In this document: one piece after another, positions 1-12,685 of the stretch | How the letters are laid out: each line of letters opens with the position of its first letter | How positions within the stretch are numbered: position 1 is the stretch's first letter | Source: the human T2T-CHM13v2.0 reference genome, Homo sapiens | Assembly (NCBI RefSeq): GCF_009914755.1 | Contig: NC_060930.1 | Length of the DNA stretch: 64,000 nucleotides | Strand: one strand, 5' to 3' | Program-made: the position numbers and the translations under genes | Notes under the pieces: generated by a model | The model's database searches: none | Seen by the model: the letters and a program-made list of their open reading frames with translations, nothing else | What the model was told of the DNA's origin: nothing

Positions 1-374
1 AATTATTTTTCCAAATAAAATATTACCCAGATGCTCAATACATAAAGATAAAGTTGAGCTGCTAGGGAGTAGAATGTGGAAGAATTGGTGGGGGCTGAGG
101 GTTAGCTTCATGTGCTTCTTCCCAACCTCTCCTCTCATCTTTATATCAAGGGACTTCTGAAAAACAACCTAAAAATCATTGGAATAACTTATTCAAAGTA
201 CTATACATAAATTGTGACTAAAAAAGAGGAACTCTAAAAATTTATCTATCAGGAATGTAATCATTTTATGTGGTAACTCATATGAGCAATCTTTTTTACT
301 CAAGTATTCATTGTCAGCACCCCTGCTATGTAATTTGTAATTTAATTTTATGGGAAAATAAACAATCAAATCTA

Positions 375-530
375 GGTTTATTTCTACTCCCTTTGAATCT
401 GGACTGACCTATACATTATTGCTTGACCAATAGAAAAAGCTTACAATAAATGACCACTTAAAGAAAGAGGCCCAGTTTTCCCAGCTGAGCCAGGTCTTCA
501 GCTCACCCACCCGCTAAATGCAGAAGCATG
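375..530 (+). mobile_element. Degraded MLT1-type (MaLR) LTR fragment
   Basis: Motifs 'ctccctttgaatctggactgacc...gcttgaccaatagaa' and 'cccagctgagccagg' resemble old MLT1 LTRs; boundaries approximate. Confidence 0.4.
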
Positions 531-1959
531 GCAGAGCCTAGGTAGGGTGATCAGGCTCTCACTTTGCACATGAATGACTGATTTCCTGAGATGTTGGCTG
601 GGCAGGTGCGCAGAAACCTTTTGAGTACTTGACCTGTGTCTCTATCAGGATTAGTCAGAGATCCCGATCTGGTATTACTCAAAGGTACCAGAGTATTATT
701 ATTTCTGGAGTAGTCAAGGTCTCAAATTGTTGATAAAACCAAACTGGTATTCATAACTGGTCATATCTATGTGTCTGGACTGCTCAGTTTAATCAGATTG
801 TCAGCATACCAGTAAAAGACATTTGTTTACCCAAAACAGAAACTTTGACTCATGCTGGCTTAAATAAGGACAGATTTTAATAAGGAAAATAATTTACTTA
901 TATAAGTATGTATCCAAAGTTAGGACAGACATCAGGATTCACAGATTCAGTCATTAATCAGTGTAACTCTAGAAGTTTCTGTCCTGCTTCTTTCTAAACT
1001 ATCATGCAGAATATTTCTTTCTATGGCTGATTGTCTCATGGTCATAACATGGCTGCCAGAGCAATTGGCACTAAGACTTCTTCACAATCTGGATTGAATT
1101 ACTCCTGGAAACAAACAGACAAAAAAATTAGAAACTTTTCAGAAAATATTTTGTCTCATTAAGTCGATTGCGCTATAAGTCCACTCCTAAACCTTTCACC
1201 AGCAAAATGTGGAATTGCTACTATAACAGTTCTTAATCAGGATCAAGCCCTGAAGCTCAAATTCAGCAGCTTCCCTTGAATTACACAGGTTGCCTAAACA
1301 GAAGGTGGAGGCTGAAGGACAACAAGGATAATGACTGTTGGGCAGTAAAATGATGTTCACAGTAGTCCATTTTGTTTAGGGTCTCAAAGGGTCTACCATA
1401 GTCAGTACTTCAAGCATGTCAGTCTATGTAAATACAGTGGTCAGTCTGTCCAGTTTATTATTAAGTCTAGATTGTTTAGTCTGTCTGGGCCTGTTTTCCA
1501 CTGCTATATTCTTGAACATACATAAAGCCTTATGAGTGGATTTTGAGAAGAATGTAAAGGTGAAAGAAATATCTTACAATCATTTTAAAATACAGGCTTC
1601 TTTACCTAGCATTCCCCTTCAATGTTGAGAACTCCTTTTATTGGTCAGCTCCTTTAACCTTACTTAGTCTAGTTCTGCACCAAGGTTCTGATGGGAATGG
1701 TGAGTTGTTCCAGCCATGGGGCATGAATTAAACCTGCTCTCCTATTCTCCTAGCATGGGTATTCTCATCCTATGCTTCAGGAAATCTGAGTATCAGTGCT
1801 TCCCCCACAAGCAGCCTCATCCATACTTATAATCTCAACAAAGACCTTCTGTTTTTGCCAAAGTATCCCAGATTCTATGGCCTGCATATATCTACTCTTC
1901 CCAACCACCCGAGGTTTGGATAGTGAAGCACATTATGAGGAATTATTGTAAGGCTTAGA

Positions 1960-2170
1960 ATGAGATTGACTTCACGTAAGCCTCTGTCTGCCCGTTCTGC
2001 GCCCCTTGGAAAATCATTTAGCCTCTTTAAACCTCACTTTGCTTTTCTGTAAATATTGAATTAATAATAGCACCTAGTCATCATTTTTGTTTGAAGTTGA
2101 GTGAGTTCATGAGTCGATGTATATTAAGCCATATTAAAATAGTGCTTAGCAGAGATAAATGGTTGGGTAC
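1960..2170 (+). mobile_element. MIR SINE fragment
   Basis: MIR core-like 'tcatttagcctctttaaacctcactttgcttttctgtaaa...aataatagcacct...agtgcttagca'. Confidence 0.6.
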
Positions 2171-2192
2171 AGGCTATTAATATGCTGTACTT

Positions 2193-2239
2193 CACACACA
2201 TCTCACACACACACATACACACACACACACACACACACA
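2193..2239. repeat. (CA)n microsatellite, interrupted
   Basis: Directly visible CA run. Confidence 0.95.
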
Positions 2240-5200
2240 GTTACACATATGCAGAATATTTAGATATATTTTCCAAGGTTCAGATTTACATTTTTTCTGT
2301 GATATCGGTGTGTGACATGTTTATTGATTGGATTGATTGAGTGAAAACCCCACTCAGCTGAATCCTAGGAAACATCATAAAAACTACGACCAGCTGAGTC
2401 TCAGGGAAACATGCCTAAGCACTTTATATAGAGAGATAACACCACAATTTGTTCAGTCAACTAGATTCGAAAACTCAGAGTAATTGTTTACCATTCCCTC
2501 TTCTCCACAACCAATTAATTCGCAAATCCCACAGATTTTCATTCTGTAAACTCTTCCCCATCTGTCCCTGCTCTTTGATTTCCAATTCTGTCTTCCTGAT
2601 GCTTATCTATATTAATTCCTTCCCAACCTAACGTATTGTGTCTCCACTTTTAAAAAAATTCCAGCTTATTCTACATATCATCATTAATGCCACTGCCTCT
2701 TGCTATTTGACAGAGTCCTTATGTAGTGAGGATAACATGTATTTTTAGACAACTAAGGATGGTTTGGCTGGCCGAATTTTTGGAGTTATTCTTAATGTTT
2801 CTACTTTGGGAAAATGGGTATAGATGTCTCTGCTTAGGTCCTAATTTGATTTTCTGGACAAGAATTTTTAATAAAGAGGAAAACAAAAAGCTGCATTCAT
2901 TCATAGCTCTATGTCATGACACTCACAATGTAAGCTCCTCTGAATACAGTAAAAGCTAACATCTTATGATGGAGGTGGGAGGGGACATTACCTGTTAACT
3001 TAGAAGTAACTTGACACTGGGAAATTTATATGGCACAGAAGTATTATTTTGACTTGAATCTGAACTCATGTCTTTGAACAGGAATCACTTTTTAATCTAC
3101 TACTAAAGAGATCAGATAAATACTCAGAACTACACAGGTATTGCACACAAGCTAGGAGAAAGTAAAGCAATCAAAGGCCAGGGAAGTGTATGTTATAACC
3201 AAGGAGTTGTCAGTGAGACACAAGAAAATTCACATTAATTGACTCCACTATTGTTTATTTCTTGAAAAGTTATGACCACAATTTATATGATGAGCTCAAA
3301 GTTGCTTCCACAATTTGATATAAACCTTTTCCAATTTACTGTCCATTAGTCGTAGCATTGCATATAAACCAAGATGCCTATTAAAAAAATACCAATAGTT
3401 TTCGTTTACCAATTGATAATACATTATGCAGTTCAATTATTCTCAAACAATGTTGATTATAACTAATAGCAGCAACATTTTACTGGCTTATATCTACAAG
3501 AGATAGATATTAATATTGTATTCTATAAGTTAAATAATATTAGAACTATTATGTTAATTTTAAACCATAGACAACAATCCAAATTTTAAAAGGTTAAAAT
3601 ATAATTAAATAGAAGCTCTATTTTGCCTTCGCTGACATTAAAGAATGCCCCAAGACTTTAAGGGGCATTCTTTTAATGAAAATCAAATGCAAAAAGGCAA
3701 AGGTTTGCTGACAGTCCCCTTCCATTTATGGCTGAGTCATCCAGGAAGTCTCTGTCTCTCAATATTTTCAAAAAGAAAATTGTTCTTGATCAAGAAAAGA
3801 CAATGATGCTGGCTGCCTCACATGCCAAATTTAAAAAGATGCAACAAACCCTCTGGCATTGGCAGCTCCACACCCCAGAGGTGGAAGTGATCATTGAAGG
3901 TGAGTCAAACTGTCACTACACCATCTTTGGATCCATGTGTTCATTTCAGGTTCAGGAAGACTGCATGTAAGCCAAGGTGTTGCAAAAAATCTACAAAGGA
4001 TCTGGAGATTCACATTAAGCCCATTTTGTTTCTGCAAATAAAAGCATTGGTGACAGCTTCTCTACCAGTCTCTCCCCTATTCCTTCCAATGATTTTGTAA
4101 GGTTCTATCTCAATATGCAAAAATAAAGCTGGTAGTTTAGAAAGACTCACTTTGAAGCTTCAGTAAACTCCACATCTGTTCACTTGTCTCCCCATCTCCA
4201 GAAAATAACATGTCTTTCTTTTTCATTTTTCAGATATCTACAAAGCATTCCTATCATTAGATTCTAATCCAGAACCACATGGTAAATAAAATTCTGAAAA
4301 AAGTAAAAAATTACTTGTAATGACGTATGAGTGCTACTAAGTTAAAATAGATAATCCAACAGAAGCATCGTGTGAGAGAGAGTGGGTGTCTGCTTTTTTC
4401 AATGATTTGTTCACAGAAGATACCTAGTAGAAGTTGTTTTTTTTTTTTCCAGATTGACCTTGTATGGCTGTTTCTGTGGATGTTTGTTAAATAAGAATAT
4501 TGAGAGCCAAGGAATTCTATCAAGCAAAGATGTTCTACTCAGGTTTATGAACAGTTTTCCCCCTGTATGGCTGTACTGTTTATTCCACTGAGCCTGGCTG
4601 CATCCTTCTGCTTTGATTTATAGGGAAGGCAGAAGTCAACACCTAAAAGATGTGACTTTTAAAACAGGTGAATTTATTCTTCCAAAAATATTTCTGAAAA
4701 TAGATATTTCATTGCTAAATAAGGATAAATAGATAAATTGTTTACTTCTCACTGGTGCAATATTTTATGATTCCATTATTCAGAAAAGAATTAATTTGGA
4801 GTAGATTGCATGATTGTATTTTAAAATACAAAAATTAACTTTAATACTCATCTCAATAGGAGGGATACTAACTTTCAGTTCTAATTCACAGTTGCCTATA
4901 ATTTCAACTCGACTTTCTATTACCAAAACACATACTGCTGTGAATCCTTATTATCAAGCGGCAATTGAACATCACAAAATGGCCAGCAGATAAATAGGTA
5001 ACATTAAAGAGGACATAATAAGCCATTCAAACATTGTAATATATATACACTTTATAAGAAAAATATTCAAATTAATTTTCTCTCCAGGAGCCTAACAGAA
5101 TATACTATCTAAAACATAAAGTGATGGTGAAAAGAATTTGCATGCTTCTCTATGGTCAGCACTGTCGTATACAAGTTGTAAAGAGCCCTCAAGAATATAT

Positions 5201-6399
5201 TAAAGGGAATGTAAATAAATCACAGTGTTTCTAGTGTGACGTAATTAATCTGTGCAACAGGTAGGTCATATATAAACTTTATGGCTTTCTTTTTATAAGA
5301 ACCTATTTGTATGCACTGCCTATTAAGTTTGTCAAAGACAAAATTCTGTAGTAAAACAGTCTCAAATTATCTATGAAGTTCATGCAGACATTTTTAAATG
5401 AATTGTTTATAAACTAGTCTTACTATATAAAAGAAGTCTACTGCCTGAATTTTCTAGATTGGCTCCATGCAGATGTATCCATACACTTGCAACAAGATTT
5501 TACTTCCACCTAATACAGTATCTGGATTTTACATCAATGATTTAGAATTCGATTAAGATAAGTCTGCTTTCCTAAAGTAAAATACTATATTATTAAAAAC
5601 CTCTTAATATATAGTTTATTAAAAACTAAACTCTCTATTTTGCCAATATACCAGTTCAGGTTTTATTTACTTACTAAAATAGTAAGATAATACTTCTAAT
5701 AATAGCATAAAAACCTTTTTAAAAGTCAAACGAAGTAGTTAAATTAAGTAGTGACCAGGAAAGTTAATGCTCTCTGCCAATCATACTATATTTCCCTTGT
5801 CCATTATTCTCTAACCCCTCTAAAACATGACCACGTGCCTTCTCTTCTCTTCTCAAATGCTCAGTAATTTCATTTCAACAATCACCCCAAGTGCATTCTT
5901 TCTACTTTCCTGTGGACCTGAAGCAATCAGAAGAGGATTTACTCAAAATACCACCACCATATCCAATACCCACCAGTCTCCTTAATCATGTCTTCTGTCC
6001 TGTTTCTTTAACTAAACTGTGCTAAATCTCATCCTTGTTAACTCTTTTAAAAGCCACTATGCCAGCAATTTTACCATCTTATTTATTTGTCATCAAATTT
6101 TTCTTTTCTCTGGACCATTTTTATGAGCTTATAAGCATGCTGTATTACTCCCATCTTATTATACTCACTGACTCCAATTTGGATAGTGGTCACTTTTTCT
6201 CCTCCCCATCTTTCAGCAACACTTTTCAAGATATTAAAGGGAATATACTTTTGTCTCCTATTGCTCAATATCATTGTCTTTTCAATCGACTCCAATCAGA
6301 CTTTTGCCTTCATATTATTCTGTAGATGGTTCTGGAAATACGACCTCCAAAGTCCAGTGGTCAAAGCTGAAGTATGTATGTAGTAATTTATGTCTTCAA

Positions 6400-8630
6400 T
6401 TTTTTTCATAGTAAGCCCAACCAGAGGCTTATCAACTTCATTTAAATTTTGTGGAATCAGACTTCGAATTTGCTGGTTCTTTTAAATGTTTTCCTTTTTC
6501 TAAATTAATTGATTAGTATTTAAGTTTTATCATCTTTGATTTTGTTTGGTTTATGCTTAAATTGCTATAAGGTAGAATCTAAACTTGACTTTAGGTCTTT
6601 ATTATTTTCTAATATGGGCATTTAATAGTATAAATTTCCCTCTATGCACTGCTTTTATTTATCTCTTTCATGTTAAGTTGATTTTAATTTCCATTTACCT
6701 TAAAATGAAAAATTTTAAATATTTAAAATTTTTTCTTGAGATAACTTATTTGACTTGTGATTTATTTAGAAATATATTTTTTAATTTCCAGATATTTGGA
6801 AAATTTTCAGCTAACTTTATGTTATTGAGATCCAGTTTAATTCTGTTGTAGCCTAAGAAGAAACTTTGTATTACTTATATTTCGTAAAATACTTATGTAT
6901 TATAGCACACAATGTGGTCTATTTTGGTTAATGTTATATATGTGCTTGAGGAGGATGTATATTGTGCTGTTGTTGGATAGAGTATTCCATATATTTATGG
7001 TATTATAGATCAAGTTGATTAATAGTTCTGTTGAGATTATCTCAATCTGACTGATTTTCTGCATGCTTGACATTAGTTACTAACAGAGGGGTGTTAAAGT
7101 CTCCACCTATCATAATAAATATATGTATTTTTCCTTTTAATTCTATCAGTTTTAAACTCATTAATTTTTGACACTCTGATGTTAGTACATACAAATTTAA
7201 TGTTGCTGTGTCTTGGAGAATTGACCACTTAAATATTACACAATGCTCAACTTTATCAGTGACAGATTTCCCTGTAGAAAGCAGAAATTAATATAACTAG
7301 TCCAACTTTTTTGATTACTCAGCAAGGTGTATCTGAGTTTATAAAAGTATGACATTTATTTATAAATACCATATTTATAAAATTTATAAAATACGGTTCT
7401 ATGTTTCAATTTGGTTTCTTATAGGCAATATATAGTTGTGTCTGTTTTTAAATCATCCCTTATAATACCTGTTAACTGGTGTATTTAGAACATTCATTGA
7501 AAAAGTGATTGTGACACAGATTTATAACTTTCATGTTTTAGTCATTTTCTATTTGTTGTGTTTCTTTTTCTCCTTTTGTTACCTAATTTTCTGCCTCTGG
7601 CTTTTCTGTTTTATCTCTCTTCTTAGCATATTGATTATATTCTTTTTAAATTTTTTAGTTTTTGCCCTAGATTTTTCAGTGTGCATACACAATTAATGTT
7701 AATTTACCTTCAAATAACACTGTGTCATTTCACATATAGTGCCGTGACCTCTTAACAGAGTATTCCAATTTCTCCCTCCAGTTACTTATGATATTGCTAT
7801 CATTCATTTTATTTACAATATGTGCTATAATCATCCAGTACATTTGCTACAGGTTGACTATCCCTTATCTGAAATTCTTGAGACCAGAAATGTTTCAGAT
7901 TTTGGAATATGTGCATATACATAATGAGATGTCTATGGGGTGGAACCCAAGTGTGAACATTAAAGTATGTTTCATTTACACCTTATACACAACCTGGAGA
8001 TAATTTTATTCAATACTTTAGATAATTTTGTGCCTGAAACAATGTTTTGACTGCATTTTCACTGCAGCCTATCACGTGGGATCGAATGTGGAGTTTTCCA
8101 CTTGTGACATCATGTCGGAACTCAAAAAATTTTAGATTTTAGAGCATTTTGGATTTCAGATTTTCAAATTAAGGATGGTCAATATGTACTATAATTATTT
8201 TAAACAAACAGTTGTCTCTTAGATCAATTAGGCATAAAAATAGTTTTCTAAACTAATAAAAAATAGTTTTATTTTACCTTCATGTATACCTTCTCTTCCC
8301 TTTTCTATATAGATCTGAATGTCTTACCTATATGATTTTCCTTCTCCCTGAAGAAGTTACTTTCGTATGTCTTTCAGAGCCTGGGATAGTCTTTATTTCT
8401 CCCTTTCTGTTGAAGTCCAGTTTCTCAGTTTATGGCTTCTGCTCCAGGTAAGCAGATCTTGTCTTTGACTCTGCAGATTCATCTGTCTTTCCACATTTTC
8501 GTATGGCAGTTTGCCCTCCAAACTTAGTTTTCTGATTAGTGAAAGAAAAATGAATTTCAGTTTTTTTAGGATTGTTTTTATCATAAGAAAGTGACTGTTT
8601 GCAAACTCTTTTCATGCTGGATTTGAAACT
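6400..8630 (-). mobile_element. Old L1M fragment (ORF2 5' region and upstream), interrupted by a Tigger4-type MITE
   Basis: T-rich antisense L1 motifs, e.g. 'aatgtggtctattttggttaatgtt...gtatattgtgctgttgttggatagagtattcc' and 'tcttggagaattgaccac'. Confidence 0.75.
7850..8186 (+). mobile_element. Tigger4/MER46 (Zombi) non-autonomous DNA transposon
   Basis: Starts CAGGTTGACTATCCCTTATCTGAAA; degenerate terminal inverted repeat (GGATGGTCAATATG) at the end; TA on both sides (7848-49, 8187-88). Confidence 0.85.
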
Positions 8631-9280
8631 AGAAGTAAAATAATACTTTTTAATATCTGTCCTTACAGTCTATACATTTTTATTAATGACTTGTGCCTTT
8701 TAGCAATATAGCTTCCATCTAAAGAAAGTCAGTTGCGATCTTCTGATAACAATATTTTGACACTTAAATTCTTTTATGAAAAAAATGAAACAATTGTTGG
8801 TAGCTTCCTGTAATATTACTGTGTTATCATTTTTATGTTTATTTCTTACTGGCTTGTGAAGAATTCCCTGATATTTATTTTTATTCATGCTCTGATGTGT
8901 CTTAGCACATTTCTAATTTATTTAAATTGCAGGTTAGTGAAATAATAAGTTTTAAGGTGGTTTCATTCTGTAAAAATCTGTGGAACAATAGATTGAAAGC
9001 ATAAAATAGAGTGAAGAGAATCATGCCATGTTCTACGGGGAGATATGTTTTACCCTTTAGCAGCATATTAGAAATGCACGCTTTAGAAATGGAGGCAAAC
9101 TACACTGTACATCCTCCCACACGACACATTTCTCAGCCTTGAGCAGAATTTTCCTCTTGGCAGAGAACTTTTTTGTGATGGGAAAGCTCACGAGTTTAAT
9201 CTATTTATTATTTTTCGTACTAACAGAAATCAGCACACATAATTTTAAACTACATTAAAAGAATAAGCCATTTGCTTTTC

Positions 9281-9470
9281 AGAATGGTTTTATTTGGCCA
9301 AGATATGTCATAGTTCTCCATAAAGTTTGTCAATATGTTTCATAGAATTTAAAAACAAACTAAATGTACACCTAGAATGGTTTTGTTTGGCCAAGATACG
9401 TCATATTTCTTCAAGAAGTTTGCCAATATATTTCATTAGAATTTAAAAACAAACTAAATGTACACCTAGA
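9281..9470. repeat. Tandem duplication, 2 x ~93 bp
   Basis: Units 9281-9373 and 9374-9467 both start AGAATGGTTTT and end AAACTAAATGTACACCT; AGA is repeated at the junctions. Confidence 0.95.
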
Positions 9471-12400
9471 CTTATCTAAAAAATTGGAATATACAATACT
9501 AAATATGAAGCCAGTTTCAAAGATTTGTTAAAAACGCAATAAAAAAGTATTTTATTTTGAACTATAACAGCCAAGTATTAATTATACTTTTGACTTTTGA
9601 AATATTCAGTGATATTTCTTAACAACATGAAGATATACTGTTTTAAAATCAAGCAAGACAATACATTTCAAGAGGTTATCAGAAAAACATTCTCACTGTA
9701 TCAGGTGAGAATGTAGACACAAAAGTTTTACTATTTTTTGCTTTGTTCAGGCACCTGGCAAGTAGAAAAATTGCTACATACATATTAAATTATATTAAGT
9801 TAATGTGTTTATAATTAATATATTCAATATATATTTCTTTTGCTAACTTCTTCCATTGTCCTCTTCACTTTTTATACATGGAAACTTCTTTAAAGCATCA
9901 CAAATGATCAGAAAATTACAATATAATTTGCATGTGCTATTCTTTTTGAGATTGCTACATCTCTTTTAGACAGAAAGTGTCCTTGAGTTATCAACATTGG
10001 AAACTAGCCTCAAGTTTTTCCTTAATATTATTAAAAATCATAAATTTATAGCGCTACCGTGAAAACACCTTAGCTCTTCAGAGTAGAAGAACAGACAAGC
10101 TGCACATCAAGGGATACCTGTCAGCTATTAAACTCCATGGAAGTCATCATGAGGCTCAAACATGGAATTTACAGTTATCTCCGAAAGAATCAGTTAGAAA
10201 ATGGTGAACAGGGTTAAGCTTCTGGCAGTATGAGGAGGAGGCAGTAAGTTGAGAGAGTGTGGGCCACATAAAATATTTAGGCAGATGAGATGATAAGCAA
10301 CTTTTGAAAAATAGTTAAATATTCTGAATGTCTCAGAAAACTATGAAAACTCATTGAACTTGATGGATACCTTCAAGGCAGTCATGAGAGATGGGTTTGC
10401 AGTAACGTATGTGAGCTGAGTATCTGCCCTGCTGTCTTCAAATGTTTACATTCTGTAACAAACAGAATTGTGACACAATCTCTAGGGATGGGTTGTATGT
10501 GTGGAAACAAGATTACCTGCCAGTTCCATGGAAGAAAATATCAGAATATGAGCTATTGAAAATAAAGTTTTTACATACCTGAATCTGAATATCGTGATTG
10601 ATATTCATAACTGCTATATTTATTTATGAGGTAAATATACAATACATTTGGTTCCTATTTGCATGTGTCCAAAACATGTTGAAACATTTTATCACACTAC
10701 CAATAATTATGTCAGTTAAAATTTCTATTCTTTTTGGAGTTTTATAAAACCTTTTCATAAATATCTAAATTTTATAAAATCCTTCTAAGATGGTAACATT
10801 GCTATGTTTAATTCAATAGTTAATAAACTAAATGTACACTTCTTTTCATGTGAAACAAGAAAATGAGCTAGCGAACAGTAGTTTTCCCAAATCTATGTTT
10901 TATTCAATGTTACAATATAATTGCTAAAGTTAAAAACATGCTGCTTGAAGAAACAGTTTTATTATAAGGAACTGGAATGATCAATAAGAACCTAACAGAT
11001 GTGATGAATCAATTTAGTTCTCGTAAAAAGTCTGAGTCTGAGGGTGTTCCTTAATTTGGAAGACTAATAGAGATTTAATATTCTAGCTTGAAAAATTCAC
11101 AACAGAGAGGGAACTTCCAACATTGTTTCCTTACCTCTTTTTCTCTGTCTACTCCATATTTACCTTTTTGTTTTCAGAGAAAATGTTGCTATTTCTATTG
11201 CTCAGTATGTAGGATACTTAAAACCCTGGACACTCTTCTGTTGAAGTTAGGACACGTAAGTGGACTTCTTTACACCCCTCTGCTTTCTAGAGTAGAGTCT
11301 GTACGGCATCTCTCCTTGCAAGCACGTTACTTATTCAGCAACCCTGAATCTCAAAGGTTTAAGTAGATGCAGAGTTTTTTAGGGTGATCAGCTATCTATA
11401 ATGGTGAGAGAAGAGAAAGCCTTACTTAAACTTATCATCTAAGATTTATTCTCTAAATATTTAGAACACTGTGCATTTGAGTAGATTGTGTGCATGTTCA
11501 GCTGTTAAAATTGTACTAGGCTTGTGATTCTGTTATCAGTCCTTTTGTGTACAGCCGCAAGAGTTTGAAACACTAAAGGAGGCTGAGGCAATGATAAATA
11601 TGAGCTCCAAGCCTCCACCCTAAACTCTGAATATATTGTTTTAGTGTACTTTCCTTTATCACTTAAGGACTACTAAGTTCTGTTCCTGTAATGAAACTAT
11701 ATGTTGTATTGGAATTTGGCTGAAATAGTACAAATAAATAATGTGTTTTTCTCAGAGTTTACATGAATAAAATGGATTGCTTTAATGCTATTTAGATAGT
11801 ATTTTGCTAAATCTCTTCCAGAGGGTGAGATCAAATGGATCCCACTTTAGTAAGTTATAATCACTCTTGAATTCCTAGTAACTATAGAAAGAACTGGTCC
11901 CCAAAACACTTTTTAAAATGATATTATAACTAAGAGAAAATAATTGGACTAATTAAGACTTTTACATTAGAAATTAAAGACCTTAAAATACTTAGCAGCT
12001 ATGAAGAATCTTGGAAAAGGATTGACCAATTTCTCCCATTTGGAATGAGTGTATTTATGCAGTAAAATTTCTTAGTGAATTTATATAAAAAGTATAAAAT
12101 ACTAGATAATTATTCATATTCAATGAACTATTAATTTTTATTTAAAGAGCCCACACATTGCTTTTCTAAAAATGAAAGATTATAGTAAATTGTCTTCATA
12201 TTAATTAAATATGAATTTAATTCATATGAATTAAATATAATTATGTGGTATGAATAAGAAAAGCCATTAATGATACTGAAGATATTTTCTAGTATACATA
12301 AAGACAAAAAGTTACAAATAAAAAAGGCAGTTGTTCATGGAAAAAGAAAATCTGTAAATTAAAAGGCACAATTAAACTGACATGTCTTCTAGCATCTTTC

Positions 12401-12685
12401 TGACAGGTAATCTCACTGATCTGAATGCTGATATTTCCAAATATGGAAGCCCCAAGTTTAAGAACTATGAATAATAATAATAACAACTTTAGAATAAATG
12501 TTTATCTGACAATGACATTAGTATATTAATTTCTGGAAAGAGATAATACACACAAATATAAAATGTAAAATTTAATTAAATTTGGAATATTATGAAGCCA
12601 TTTAAATGGGTTATGTTACAACCCCCTTGTAGGACAGCATATAGTTATTGAAGCAGTTTTTTTCAAAGTGTCTGTGATAGTATGC

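Noticed and set aside
3728-3970. 80-aa ATG ORF
   Set aside because: No recognisable domain or splice context; 'SLSLNIFKKKI' only faintly resembles a CR1/L3 ORF2 terminus, too weak to call.
6035-8003. Hydrophobic Phe/Leu/Ile-rich ORFs resembling membrane proteins
   Set aside because: Compositional artefact of T-rich antisense LINE sequence.
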